DNA of 64,000 nt, from assembly GCA_963783905.1 (NCBI GenBank), contig CAWAPG010000006.1:23771-87770 (forward strand), written 5' to 3'. This DNA comes from an uncultured delta proteobacterium (lineage in GTDB: Bacteria > Desulfobacterota > Desulfobulbia > Desulfobulbales > BM004). Shown in pieces: positions 1 to 11,062 of this stretch (the first letter of the stretch is position 1; each line of letters opens with the position of its first letter). The position numbers and the translations under genes were made by a program. The notes under the pieces were generated by a model that made no database searches, was not told where the DNA came from, and saw only the letters and a program-made list of their open reading frames with translations.

Positions 1-826
1 CGCCGACCCCGATCATGGTAATCGTTGTGGCGATAATCTTGACCAGGTCAAGCGGCTCTTTCAGGACAAAGACACCAAGCAGCAGTGCGCATATGATGCT
101 GGTCTCTCTCAGGGCGGCAACCAGTGCAATGGGAGCCAGGGTAAAAGCCCATATAACAAGGGCATATGCCAGAAATGAAGCGGTGCCGCCGATCATGGTC
201 AGACGCCAGGCTTGGAAGACCACTTTTTTGACCAGCCCCGGCCTGGTAATCCGCATGATCCCGGCAAAAATAATACCATTGATAATTGTCAACCAACTGT
301 AGTAGCCGAGGGCGGTTGCCGCTGCCCGGGCCCCGGTGCCGTCAACCAGCGAATAGGCGGCGATGAAACCTCCGGTTATAATCGCCAGGAGGGCCGCGCG
401 GCCGTTCCGCAGACCATCATGGCGGCGCACCATGGTCAGGCTCATAATCCCCGTCCCGATCATGACAACCGCGGTCAGTTCAAGCCCGGAAAGGTCGACG
501 CCCAGAAAGAGCACGGAAATAGAGGCTATTATCAGGGGCGAAACCCCCCGGGCCATGGGATAGACCTGGCTTAGATCGCCGTGGCGGTAGGAGTTTAACA
601 GGAACAGCTGATAGCCGGTGTGGAGAATCGCCCCGGCAATGATGTAAGGCACGGAATCAGGCCTGGGGGCGGGGACGAAGAAAAGAACCGCTGCTGCAAT
701 CGGGAAATGTCCGAAGACAACGGCGCTCATGCTCAGGTGTTTATCATCCGTACGCTTAACCAGAAAATTCCAGGATGCATGCAGCAATGCTGCCAGCAGG
801 ACACCGAGCATTACCATGGGTGACAT
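1..826 (-). CDS. EamA/DMT-family membrane transporter; the 3' end runs off the left edge of the window
   Basis: Absent from the ORF track because there is no stop inside the window. My reverse-strand translation from ATG 826 reads MSPMVMLGVLLAALLHASWNFLVKRTDDKHLSMSAVVFGHFPIAAAVLFFV... and stays open to position 1. It is a continuous series of hydrophobic helices ending ...LRETSIICALLLGVFVLKEPLDL, typical of EamA repeats. Confidence 0.7.
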   Translation of the reverse strand, partial: MSPMVMLGVLLAALLHASWNFLVKRTDDKHLSMSAVVFGHFPIAAAVLFFVPAPRPDSVPYIIAGAILHTGYQLFLLNSYRHGDLSQVYPMARGVSPLIIASISVLFLGVDLSGLELTAVVMIGTGIMSLTMVRRHDGLRNGRAALLAIITGGFIAAYSLVDGTGARAAATALGYYSWLTIINGIIFAGIMRITRPGLVKKVVFQAWRLTMIGGTASFLAYALVIWAFTLAPIALVAALRETSIICALLLGVFVLKEPLDLVKIIATTITMIGVG

Positions 827-898
827 TGGCGTTTCCTCTCCCTTTTATTGCAGGTTGGCCTGCCTGCAGCTGCGGCTCCGTTTAGGCGTTGCCAAACC

Positions 899-1180
899 CT
901 AAATTCCAACCGCGAACATTGCTTCAAGGTCATGCCGGGAATACGCTTTAAAGGCGAGCATGGTTTCAGTTTTTAAAATGGCATCGATGGCAAGCAGTCT
1001 GTTGGTAACAAGATGGGCCAGGTCTTCATTTGATGGAACCCGGGCGAGGGCGATAATGTCATATTTGCCGCTCACGGAATAGGCTTCTGAAATTCCGTCT
1101 ATTTCCGCCAACCTTTCAGCCACTTCATTTATTTTTGTTCTTTCGACATTTATGAGGATAATTGAGGTTACCATATTCAC
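899..1180 (-). CDS. Stand-alone Lrp/AsnC-type ligand-binding (RAM) domain protein
   Basis: 93-aa ORF. MVTSIILINVERTKINEVAERLAEIDGISEAYSVSGKYDIIALARV matches the AsnC-type effector domain. No HTH domain is present. Confidence 0.65.
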   Translation of the reverse strand: MNMVTSIILINVERTKINEVAERLAEIDGISEAYSVSGKYDIIALARVPSNEDLAHLVTNRLLAIDAILKTETMLAFKAYSRHDLEAMFAVGI

Positions 1181-1762
1181 TCCTTATATTTATTCCGTTT
1201 TGGTTTACCTATACTTTAATAGCCAGCCCCTGAGGACGGTTTTCTGCGGCAGCAGCGATACCCCCTGGATCCCGGCTGCTACAATATGTCAAGCGGCGGT
1301 AATTGGCAAAATATATCTGTTTTGCAGAAAATATGCACCCTGATTTCATTTTTCCTGCTCCAGGTTCGCAGCCGCAGCAATGGGCTGTCATATTAAATAT
1401 TCGGCTTAATCCACCGGTTTGGCTGCTGGGTCCCAGCTCTGCCATGCAGGGAGGTTAGTGATAAATAAAGTGAAGTCAACATATATGAATTATAGAAACG
1501 TGAAATATTTTTTTCTGCGAACAATACAAAGAACCTTTGGGTCCCCCTATAATTCACTTTTTGTAGGGGGTGTATTAAATAGAGTATGTGCAAATCTCTT
1601 CTCCTGCAGTTTGTATCCGCAATCGCGCCGCAGTTGATAATCAGCACCGGATGACTTTGGATTCAGGCTGGCTGGATGAAGGTATCCTCCAACCCGGATA
1701 TTGACGGACTTCCAGGCAGGCAACTGCTCGGTTGACCAGAGGGTGTCCATGGAAGGATATGA

Positions 1763-3361
<1,599 letters not shown>

Positions 3362-3382
3362 TTTTCAGGACCCAAATTTACC

Positions 3383-3418
3383 GGGCCCGTCAGCCTTTTT
3401 GAACGGGCCCTTTTTATT
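3383..3418 (+). terminator. Rho-independent terminator after ilvC
   Basis: GGGCCCGT (3383-3390) pairs with ACGGGCCC (3403-3410), giving an 8-bp GC stem and a 12-nt loop. It is followed by TTTTTATT and starts 22 nt after the ilvC stop. Confidence 0.6.
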
Positions 3419-3464
3419 ATGGATTTTTAAGGGAAATCAGACGCGGGGCCGGGGCTGAAAAATA

Positions 3465-4445
3465 TTATTTGTCCAGGCCGGTGTTGCCGAATTTGCGGCG
3501 GACCATCTGTACTATGTTGCTTCGTTTCAGTTCCTGGTAGACGGATCTGTTTTCGTCGGCCAGGATTTTTTCGAGGAACCGGCGCTGATTTTTCATGGAG
3601 AGGATATAGAGGTTTTCATTGATCCCCCAGCGGGCTTTAAAGTGGGGAACCATAAAACGGCTTGTATTGTCGAGCGTTTCTTTGAAACGTTTGTCGCTGA
3701 TCTCATAGAAATTGAGTGTCTGGTGCAGGAAATCGAGCTCGTTTTCAAAGTTTCCCAATTCGGCTTCCCGGAATTCATGGTAGAGAAAAAGTAGTTTTTC
3801 AAGATAGGTGCGGTCGGCCATTTGTGCGATGAGATCGGCGGTGCCGAGGATTTTTCCCAGAAGTTCCATGGTGGGTGAGGAAAAAGGTATCGCCGGGATA
3901 TCGGCCATCAGATCCGTACAGAGGATCATGTCGCGCAGGTCTGCGGTTTCCTGGTCGGTCAAGTGCAATGCCGCAAAGTGCGTTGCAACGAAATCCATGC
4001 TGAGCTGAACATGCACCTGGGTATACTTGGCCCCGGTCCCTTCAATATCGTATGATTTCTGGATCATGCCGGAATCATGCAGAAGGGCACCGGTCAGGCC
4101 AAGAATGATATCCCGGTGGCTGAAGTCTTTACCGCTGAGCGAAGCGCCGTGGATCAGCCGTGCCATGGCCAGGTATGTGTCGGTAATATGGCGCAGATTA
4201 TGGTAATCTGTATTACAGGCCCTGTATTCGCGCAGCACCCCGTCATACAGGTCAATGGTAAATCTGAAAACCCGGGATACGGGCGCTGTATCGAATTCCG
4301 GATTCATCAGGTTCAGGATATGGAGAACCTCGCTATGCACAGCCTCAGGGGATTCCATGACAACCAGCGTTGAAAGCTGCAGTTTGTCAAATGGAACATT
4401 GTCCCAGGAATAGGAAGAGGTCTTGTCGCCGGATGAGGGGGTCAT
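3465..4445 (-). CDS. HD-domain metal-dependent phosphohydrolase
   Basis: 326-aa ORF with H...HD signature (YHNLRHITDTY ... GALLHDSGM). Specific function is not assignable. Confidence 0.65.
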   Translation of the reverse strand: MTPSSGDKTSSYSWDNVPFDKLQLSTLVVMESPEAVHSEVLHILNLMNPEFDTAPVSRVFRFTIDLYDGVLREYRACNTDYHNLRHITDTYLAMARLIHGASLSGKDFSHRDIILGLTGALLHDSGMIQKSYDIEGTGAKYTQVHVQLSMDFVATHFAALHLTDQETADLRDMILCTDLMADIPAIPFSSPTMELLGKILGTADLIAQMADRTYLEKLLFLYHEFREAELGNFENELDFLHQTLNFYEISDKRFKETLDNTSRFMVPHFKARWGINENLYILSMKNQRRFLEKILADENRSVYQELKRSNIVQMVRRKFGNTGLDK

Positions 4446-4707
4446 GTTCTGGACATTTAATTTATCGGTTCCGTTAAAAGCGCTCGACGGATGGGTATTG
4501 CGCCCGTAATATATTGCTTGTATCAGGTCCGGTTGATGTCGGTGATACTTGTTGCGATTATATCAAATTTGGCAAAATCCCGATTTTGTCTTCACTAGAA
4601 GAAGAATAATTATAATTGTTTAAATGATTTCAAATTATTAATCAAGTGTAAGTGTAGAGGGCCCCGGAATTTCCCGTTGAAATGACCGGGGGTTAAGTAT
4701 ACTGAGA

Positions 4708-5265
4708 ATGAAAGTGTTGCCTATGAAGAAAATAAGAGGATCCCGTGTCCTGCTGTCGGCAGGCATATTGGTTTTTGTTTTTTTGATTGCCGGTTGTGAA
4801 AATATCGCCGGGCTGAACCAGGCCAAACGAATGGAAATCGGCAAACCGGCACCGGACTTTGTATTGCAGGATGCAGACGGCAAGACCTGGAAGCTTTCCG
4901 AGCTGAAAGGCACGGTGGTTTTTGTGAATTTCTGGGCTACCTGGTGCAAACCGTGCCGCGAGGAAATTCCCTCCATGGAAGCCATGAATAAGGCCATGGC
5001 AGGGAAGAACTTTCAGATGCTCGCCATTATCTTTAATGACGATCTGCAGCTGGCGGAAAGCTTTGCCCGGAATCTCGGTGCAACCTTTCCCATCCTTGCC
5101 GATCCCGGTCCGGAGGTGACGGATGCCTATATGATAACCGGGGTGCCGGAGACCTTTCTCATTGATGCCGACGGTATTCTGCGCCATAAGTTGATAGGTC
5201 CTTACAACTGGGACACCGAGGAAATGAAAAATATGGTCCTGAAGCTTTTCAATACCCCGAAATGA
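4708..5265 (+). CDS. TlpA/ResA-like periplasmic thiol:disulfide oxidoreductase (lipoprotein)
   Basis: Lipobox LIAGC. Thioredoxin-fold active site FVNFWATWCKPCREEIPSM. ATG 4723 is an alternative start. Confidence 0.8.
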   Translation: MKVLPMKKIRGSRVLLSAGILVFVFLIAGCENIAGLNQAKRMEIGKPAPDFVLQDADGKTWKLSELKGTVVFVNFWATWCKPCREEIPSMEAMNKAMAGKNFQMLAIIFNDDLQLAESFARNLGATFPILADPGPEVTDAYMITGVPETFLIDADGILRHKLIGPYNWDTEEMKNMVLKLFNTPK

Positions 5266-5421
5266 CAGGGGACGGACAGGACTGACGTTTTTTCGCCCGG
5301 TGTGTCGGAGAATTTTATCTGATCCTGCTTTTGCCGCAAGTGAAGAAATTCATGCCATGCTGGTGCACCCATACCTGATGCCGTCAATTCCCTGTCGCAA
5401 AAGTCCGACTGGAGTTTTACT

Positions 5422-6021
5422 ATGCTGATATACACGCTGCCGTTTATCGGTGCGCTTATCGGATGGCTGACCAATTATATTGCCATCAAGATGCTCTTCC
5501 ATCCGAGAGATGAGAAGAAAATTTTATTTATTCCGATACAGGGGGTCTTTCCCAAGAGACAGAAAGATTTTGCCCGCAAGCTTGCCCAGATCGTCTCCCA
5601 GGAGCTGATCTCGGTTGAAGATCTCACAACCCATCTTAAGGAGAAGGCAACCTCCGAAGCAGTACTGAATCATATTTCCCTGCGGTTGGAAGAGGGAATA
5701 TCCACCCGTCTGCCCCGTGCCTTTCCCATGCTGGCCATGATGATGTCGAGTGATATGACGGAAAAAATCAAAGGTTTTCTCCTGCCGCAGATAAGCAGTC
5801 TCAACGAAGAGCTTATCGACAAGCTGAGCGATGAACTGGAAGAAGAGCTTGATATTCACCGGATTGTGGAGGAGAAGGTTGCCGCCTTCTCCAGTGACAA
5901 GCTGGAGGAAATCCTTTTTTCAATAATGCGGCGGGAGTTCAAGTTTGTTGAAATGGTGGGGGCGGTTCTCGGTTTTCTTATCGGGGTTGTCCAGGTGCTG
6001 CTGCTGTCATTGCCCTATTAG
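5422..6021 (+). CDS. DUF445-like membrane protein
   Basis: 199 aa. N-terminal LIGWLTNYIAIKMLFHPR and C-terminal REFKFVEMVGAVLGFLIG resemble DUF445-type proteins. Confidence 0.55.
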   Translation: MLIYTLPFIGALIGWLTNYIAIKMLFHPRDEKKILFIPIQGVFPKRQKDFARKLAQIVSQELISVEDLTTHLKEKATSEAVLNHISLRLEEGISTRLPRAFPMLAMMMSSDMTEKIKGFLLPQISSLNEELIDKLSDELEEELDIHRIVEEKVAAFSSDKLEEILFSIMRREFKFVEMVGAVLGFLIGVVQVLLLSLPY

Positions 6022-6260
6022 TGCAAGCTCATATCTAAACTTGTGCCGTATCCCTGTCTCATACGCCAATAAGGCGTGGCATATTTAATGGATACCGATA
6101 CGTATTTATCCGTATTTTTAAATTGCCGACGAAAATTGTCATTCCGGCCAAGGGCATATGAATCTGAACATAGCGGTCAGATGGTTAACTGCCGGCACTG
6201 ACAATGAAATAATAAAACAGTTCCTGTATGAATAACCGATTACAATTTTGCAGATGAAGA

Positions 6261-6858
6261 TCGTTTTTGTCGGCTGTCAAGTGTCGTTGTGTTTTGTATG
6301 ACGACAAATATACTACTGCCGACGATTGACATCGGTGCTCGGTGGCGTGATAGATCCCTTTTAACCTGCAAAACCTTGGGAGGCAGGCCCCCATTCTGTG
6401 CCGCTGAGCATAGCAGCTGTTGCCGGTAAAAGACGGTAAAACTGTTTGAGGCGAAGCCGAGTTTTTTACCGTCCCGGCAACAGCGAGAAGTGCAAGGCAG
6501 CCCGAAGGGCCGGCACAGTCGGGGTGCCCTTTTCTTGCTTCTTCTTTTAGGCACGTAAAAGAAGAAGGTCTGTATAATAAAAAACAATCAATAGGAATAT
6601 ATTCCTTTTTGCTTGCCCAAAAAGGAATCAAAAAGGGCAGCCGATCACTTGGTCCGACTTTGTCGGACTGCCCTGCGCGCCTCAAAACGACCGGGAGCTT
6701 AAAAACTCGCTGCGCTCAGACAGTTTAAGCTCTTATTCCGGTCGTTTCATCGGTGCTCGGCCGCGTGAAATGGCGTAAAAACATTTACATCGGGCAAAAT
6801 AGGATTAATCGGGGGCAGATTTTCAATCTGTCCCTTTTGGGGGTGGTTGTTAAATCAG
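6261..6858. repeat. Expanded copy of a multi-hairpin repeat family (second copy at 19497-19788)
   Basis: Blocks shared with 19497-19788: 6305-6331 (27/27 identical), 6637-6674, 6685-6747 (hairpin with co-varying stems), 6756-6789 (31/34) and 6840-6853 (14/14). The ORFs predicted here (6185-6685, 6240-6587) look like noise. Confidence 0.7.
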
Positions 6859-6878
6859 CTTTATTTGTTCTCCTAAGG

Positions 6879-6929
6879 CAACTTTCAACTTGCAATTTTC
6901 AATTTTCAATTTTTCAAATCTTCAATTTC
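6879..6929. repeat. Degenerate heptanucleotide tandem repeat (CAAYTTK, about 7 copies)
   Basis: caacttt caacttg caatttt caatttt caattttt caaatctt caatttct. It abuts and overlaps the last codons and stop of bioB (stop at 6922-6924). Confidence 0.5.
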
Positions 6930-8004
6930 TAGCCGGATGCAGATCGGCATCTGATTTCAGGCCCGGCAGAGAAAAATCATCCTCCGGATCGGCCGATGTT
7001 TTCTGCAGCAGTTCTGCGACCGACCTGTCCGATTTAATCGTAAAACCGGCATCGATGATCATCTGCAGGGTGGTCTCCCTGTTTTTGCCCCGGGTATTGA
7101 GGTAGCCGTCCATAAAGAGTGAATTCGCCGGATAAAGGCTCATGACCTCCAGGGAGCGCAGATGGTATTCCCGGCCGGCAGCGGTCCGTATTTCCGCCTG
7201 AGGATTGAGGAACCGGAAGAGGCAGAGAATCCTCAAGCAATACTCGGGGGTAAGGTTCCGGGCTTTTTCCAGGCGGTTGCCTGCTATCGGCAGCAGGAAG
7301 TTGATCGGGATTGATTTTGCGGCAAGATCCCGCAGCATGAGGGCCAGTTCTATAATTTCTTCCGGGCTTTCACCCATGCCGGCAATAATACCGGAACAGA
7401 CATCCAGCCCGGCTCTGCGGGCTGCTTTTAAGGTATTGAGCCGGTCGGCAAAGGTATGGGTGGAACAGATTTTATCATATCTGCCGGCTGACGTATTGAG
7501 GTTGTGGTTTAAACGGTTCAGTCCGGCCTCCTTGAGAAGCCTGGCGTCGTCTTCATTCATGATGCCGGCTGAGACGCAGACCTCAATGGGATAGCGGCCC
7601 TTGATGGTTCTTACCAGGTTGGTGATACGTTCGGTTCTCTCCCTGCTCGGCCGCCGGCCGGCATACACCATGCAATAACGATGGGCCCCGGCATGATACG
7701 CCTGTTCCGCTTCGGCAATTATCTCGGCCGCTGTTTTTTCGCTATAGGTTACTATGTCGGCGAAGCTGCTTTTCGACTGCGGGCAGTAATTGCAGTCTTC
7801 GGAACAGAGGCCGTTGCTGACGTTGTTGATAATATGAACGGTCACCTCCCGGCCGTGAAAATGTCGGCGCACCTGAAAGGCGGCATCCAGCAGCGCCAGG
7901 AGTTCAACCCCGCCGTCCGTCAAGATCTGCCGACAGGTGTCATGCGTCGGCAATTGTCCGTCTATCCCCATGTCAGCAAGCGATTGATACCACAGTTTAT
8001 CCAT
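6922..8004 (-). CDS. bioB: Biotin synthase-like radical SAM enzyme
   Basis: CxxxCxxC cluster in the BioB context GLCSEDCNYCPQSKSS. Also YCMVYAGRRP, and the overall length is compatible with BioB plus a short C-terminal extension. Confidence 0.75.
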   Translation of the reverse strand: MDKLWYQSLADMGIDGQLPTHDTCRQILTDGGVELLALLDAAFQVRRHFHGREVTVHIINNVSNGLCSEDCNYCPQSKSSFADIVTYSEKTAAEIIAEAEQAYHAGAHRYCMVYAGRRPSRERTERITNLVRTIKGRYPIEVCVSAGIMNEDDARLLKEAGLNRLNHNLNTSAGRYDKICSTHTFADRLNTLKAARRAGLDVCSGIIAGMGESPEEIIELALMLRDLAAKSIPINFLLPIAGNRLEKARNLTPEYCLRILCLFRFLNPQAEIRTAAGREYHLRSLEVMSLYPANSLFMDGYLNTRGKNRETTLQMIIDAGFTIKSDRSVAELLQKTSADPEDDFSLPGLKSDADLHPARN

Positions 8005-8218
8005 GAATGATCACCAGGGTTTTTGTTAAAAATATCCTCAGGGTGAAGAAAAAATTACGTTTTTCCAGTGCTTGGTGTATTCTATTTATATATACATTTG
8101 TCAAGCATCGGACAACCGTTGCCACGATTTTTGCGTTGGTAAATAGTGTCTTTTATGCTGGACAGGCAAACCCGGCAGGTGATCTGAATAATTTTTTTGC
8201 AGCAAGAGGAAGAAAGAC

Positions 8219-8440
8219 ATGGCAAAATATACGGTAATTGAATTTAAACCCTATCCACTCGCTGTCGGCCAGAAAATATATATTGACGGCGGGCCGCGTA
8301 GAGGCGATTGGGAAGTGATCGGGGTCAGTGAAAGCAAGGTGAAGCTTCGCTGTCCGGTAAGCTTGAGGGAATTTGAGTGGGATCGGTTTCTTTATTTTGC
8401 CGCTGAGCAGAATGACATCGAATGGCCGCGGCATGATTGA
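8219..8440 (+). CDS. Small hypothetical protein (73 aa)
   Basis: GAGGAAG RBS 7 nt upstream of the ATG. Balanced, non-repetitive composition. No family recognised. Confidence 0.45.
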   Translation: MAKYTVIEFKPYPLAVGQKIYIDGGPRRGDWEVIGVSESKVKLRCPVSLREFEWDRFLYFAAEQNDIEWPRHD

Positions 8441-8563
8441 GAACCGCTATCGTCAGCAACAACGAGTCCGCCCAAAGGACCATATCTCTAACCAATAAAG
8501 ATGCAGTAACTAATTTTTTGAGGCTGAATTCGATAACCATTAATTAAAGCCAGGGAGGTCAGG

Positions 8564-8998
8564 ATGGAAAAAATGACGCTGAATTATCAATTGAAGCTGC
8601 AGGAGATGTGCGACTGCTACATGGAGACCGATTTTCTTCCGGAAATGCAGGCGATGGCCGGGGCCGAATCAAAGGATGTTGAAGAGGATGCCATCAAGTA
8701 CCTGGCCCTGGCAATTATGCATACCATATCCGAAAAGGCCGAAAAACTGTCCCTGAAGCAAAAGGGAGATGAACTTTCCGTCAAGATCAAGAATGACGAA
8801 AAACAAATGCTGCCTGTGCCGTCAGCCGCTGTTTTGAACAAGATTTTTGAGATCATGCGGGCAATTCTGCATATCGAAGAGGACAAGGGCGAGATGGCAT
8901 TATCATTGGGTCTGCGTTCCGGCGAGGTCAATGTTACGGTAAAGATGGAGAAAGAGGAAGGCAAGCAGTCCATGAAAATTAAATTTCCGAAACTGTGA
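8564..8998 (+). CDS. Hypothetical acidic protein (144 aa), translationally coupled to maf
   Basis: GGGAGG RBS before the ATG. The stop overlaps the GTG start of maf (GTGA at 8995-8998). No family confidently recognised. Confidence 0.5.
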   Translation: MEKMTLNYQLKLQEMCDCYMETDFLPEMQAMAGAESKDVEEDAIKYLALAIMHTISEKAEKLSLKQKGDELSVKIKNDEKQMLPVPSAAVLNKIFEIMRAILHIEEDKGEMALSLGLRSGEVNVTVKMEKEEGKQSMKIKFPKL

Positions 8999-9606
8999 GT
9001 CCTCCGGGGCCTTTCCGGACCAGCGCCGAACTCATACTGGCATCAGCCTCCCCGAGGCGAAGAGATCTGCTGCATAATCTCGGGCTTATATTTGCCATCG
9101 TCGAAGCCGGGGTGGATGAGAAACCCTTTAGCAGCGAAACGCCGGAGGAGTTTGTCCTGCGGGCCGCCCGCGACAAAGCCGGTGCGGTTTCCCGGCGGAA
9201 TAATGCCGCCTGGGTTCTGGGAGCCGACACCGTGGTTGTCCATGGTGACAGGATCCTCGGCAAGCCCAAAGATGCGGAGGAGGCATTGTCCGTGCTGCTG
9301 ACCCTGGCCGGCCGTAATCATTTCGTCCATACAGGATTTTGTCTGAAAAACAAAGAAAAACAGGTATCCGTCAGCCGGCGGGTAATGACCGAGGTCTGTT
9401 TTGCCCCTTTTCCCGCCGAGATTGCCAGGGCATATGCGGCCACCGGCGAGCCCCTGGACAAGGCCGGCGCCTATGGTATTCAGGGGTGCGGCTCCTTCCT
9501 GGTGCAGGCAATAAACGGCTCGTACAGCAACGTGGTCGGGCTGCCCCTGGCGGAAGTTGTCAGGGAGCTCCTGCTGTATGACGTGGTGCGGCCCGACTCC
9601 GGATGA
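8995..9606 (+). CDS. maf: Maf-like nucleoside triphosphate pyrophosphatase
   Basis: LILASASPRRRDLLHNLGL ... DKAGAYGIQG ... GSYSNVVGLP are classical Maf motifs. GTG start. Confidence 0.85.
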   Translation: MSPPGPFRTSAELILASASPRRRDLLHNLGLIFAIVEAGVDEKPFSSETPEEFVLRAARDKAGAVSRRNNAAWVLGADTVVVHGDRILGKPKDAEEALSVLLTLAGRNHFVHTGFCLKNKEKQVSVSRRVMTEVCFAPFPAEIARAYAATGEPLDKAGAYGIQGCGSFLVQAINGSYSNVVGLPLAEVVRELLLYDVVRPDSG

Positions 9607-9631
9607 TTATAACGGCGGCAAGCCCGAATTC

Positions 9632-10969
9632 TCAAGCAGCAGACCTTATTTCCGCCTGCCATTTCAGCAGGGCGGCAAGGGCCCGTTCAGCATACTTTTC
9701 ACCGCGGAATTTTTTCGGTGTTTTTTGCTGCAGCCGCGGGAAGAGACCAAAATTTATATTGGACGGCTGAAACCGCCGGGGATCGGTTGTTGTCAGGTGG
9801 GTGATCAGGGCGCCGAGTCCGGTTTCCGGAGGAGGCACAGCCGGTTTTTTCCCGGCAATAAGCCGGGCACCGTTGATCCCGGCCAGCAGCCCCGTCGCCG
9901 TTGATTCCACATAGCCTTCAACACCTGAAATCTGCCCGGCCAGGAAAATATCGGGCCGGTTTTTCAGCTGCAGGCTGGGTCGTAAAAGTTCAGGTCCGCA
10001 GACGAAAGTGTTGCGGTGAATGGAACCAAGCCTGGTAAATTCGGCCTGCTCCATGCCGGGAATCATCCGGAAAATTCTTTTCTGCTCCCCATAGGCAAGC
10101 TTTGTCTGGAAACCTACCATGTTATACAGGGTGGATTCCTTGTTTTCCATGCGGAGCTGGACCACAGCGTGAGGTTCCCTGCCGGTGTGGGGGTCTATCA
10201 GGCCCACCGGCTTCATGGGCCCGAAACGCAGGGTCTCGGGTCCGCGCTCCAGCATGACCTCAATCGGCAGGCACCCTTCAAAATATTGCTGCTGCTCAAA
10301 AGATTTGAGCGGTACTTTGCGGGCCTTGGCAAGGGCGTCAATAAAATCCAGGTACTGCGTTTTATTCATGGGGCAGTTGAGATAATCTCCCGGACCAGCA
10401 TCATAGCGGGAAGCCTGAAAGATAATATTGCGGTCAAGCGACTCCGCTTCGACAATCGGGGCAATGGCATCATAGAAGGCAAGATGCTCCCTGCCGGTGA
10501 TCCGGCCAAGTGATTCCGCCAGGGCGTCGGAGGTCAGCGGTCCGGTGGCAAGTATCAGTGCGGTTGTATCGGGCAGCGTGGCAGGCAGTTCCCTGATCTC
10601 TTTTCGAACGAGCTTGATTAAATCATTGGCCTCTATTTTTTCGGTAACATAGTGGGCGAATTTCTCCCGGTCGACAGCCAGGGCCCTGCCGGCCGGCACC
10701 CTTGTCTCGGCCGCGGCCTCCATGATCAGGGAGCCCATGCACCGCATCTCTTCCTTTAAAAGGCCGACAGCCGAAGTCACGGCATCGGAGCGCAGCGAGT
10801 TGCTGCAGACAAGCTCCGCCAGCAGAGGGGATTGATGGGCCGGACTGAACTGCCGGGGTTTCATTTCATAGAGAAATACCCGGCAGCTCCGGCCGGCGGC
10901 CTGCCAGGCGGCTTCGCTGCCGGCTAAACCGCCGCCGATGATTATCAATTGCTTGGGATGAGAGTCCAT
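9632..10969 (-). CDS. trmFO: Methylenetetrahydrofolate--tRNA-(uracil-5-)-methyltransferase
   Basis: FAD motif [16 protein letters not shown]. ~445-aa length and TrmFO/Gid-like sequence throughout ([17 protein letters not shown]). Confidence 0.9.
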   Translation of the reverse strand: MDSHPKQLIIIGGGLAGSEAAWQAAGRSCRVFLYEMKPRQFSPAHQSPLLAELVCSNSLRSDAVTSAVGLLKEEMRCMGSLIMEAAAETRVPAGRALAVDREKFAHYVTEKIEANDLIKLVRKEIRELPATLPDTTALILATGPLTSDALAESLGRITGREHLAFYDAIAPIVEAESLDRNIIFQASRYDAGPGDYLNCPMNKTQYLDFIDALAKARKVPLKSFEQQQYFEGCLPIEVMLERGPETLRFGPMKPVGLIDPHTGREPHAVVQLRMENKESTLYNMVGFQTKLAYGEQKRIFRMIPGMEQAEFTRLGSIHRNTFVCGPELLRPSLQLKNRPDIFLAGQISGVEGYVESTATGLLAGINGARLIAGKKPAVPPPETGLGALITHLTTTDPRRFQPSNINFGLFPRLQQKTPKKFRGEKYAERALAALLKWQAEIRSAA

Positions 10970-11062
10970 AATCTGTTGAAATCATAGTGCAGACAGGGGA
11001 AATATGCCACGCCCTGACGAGAAAAAACAGCAGGGCACCAAAGGAAATCTCGGTTTTTAGGA

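Noticed and set aside
6185-6685. 166-aa and 115-aa minus-strand ORFs inside the 6.3-6.9 kb repeat, and 19296-19762 ORFs inside the second copy
   Set aside because: The two repeat copies conserve hairpins rather than a reading frame. Indels between the copies are not multiples of three, and the translations are Cys/Arg/Ser-rich nonsense.
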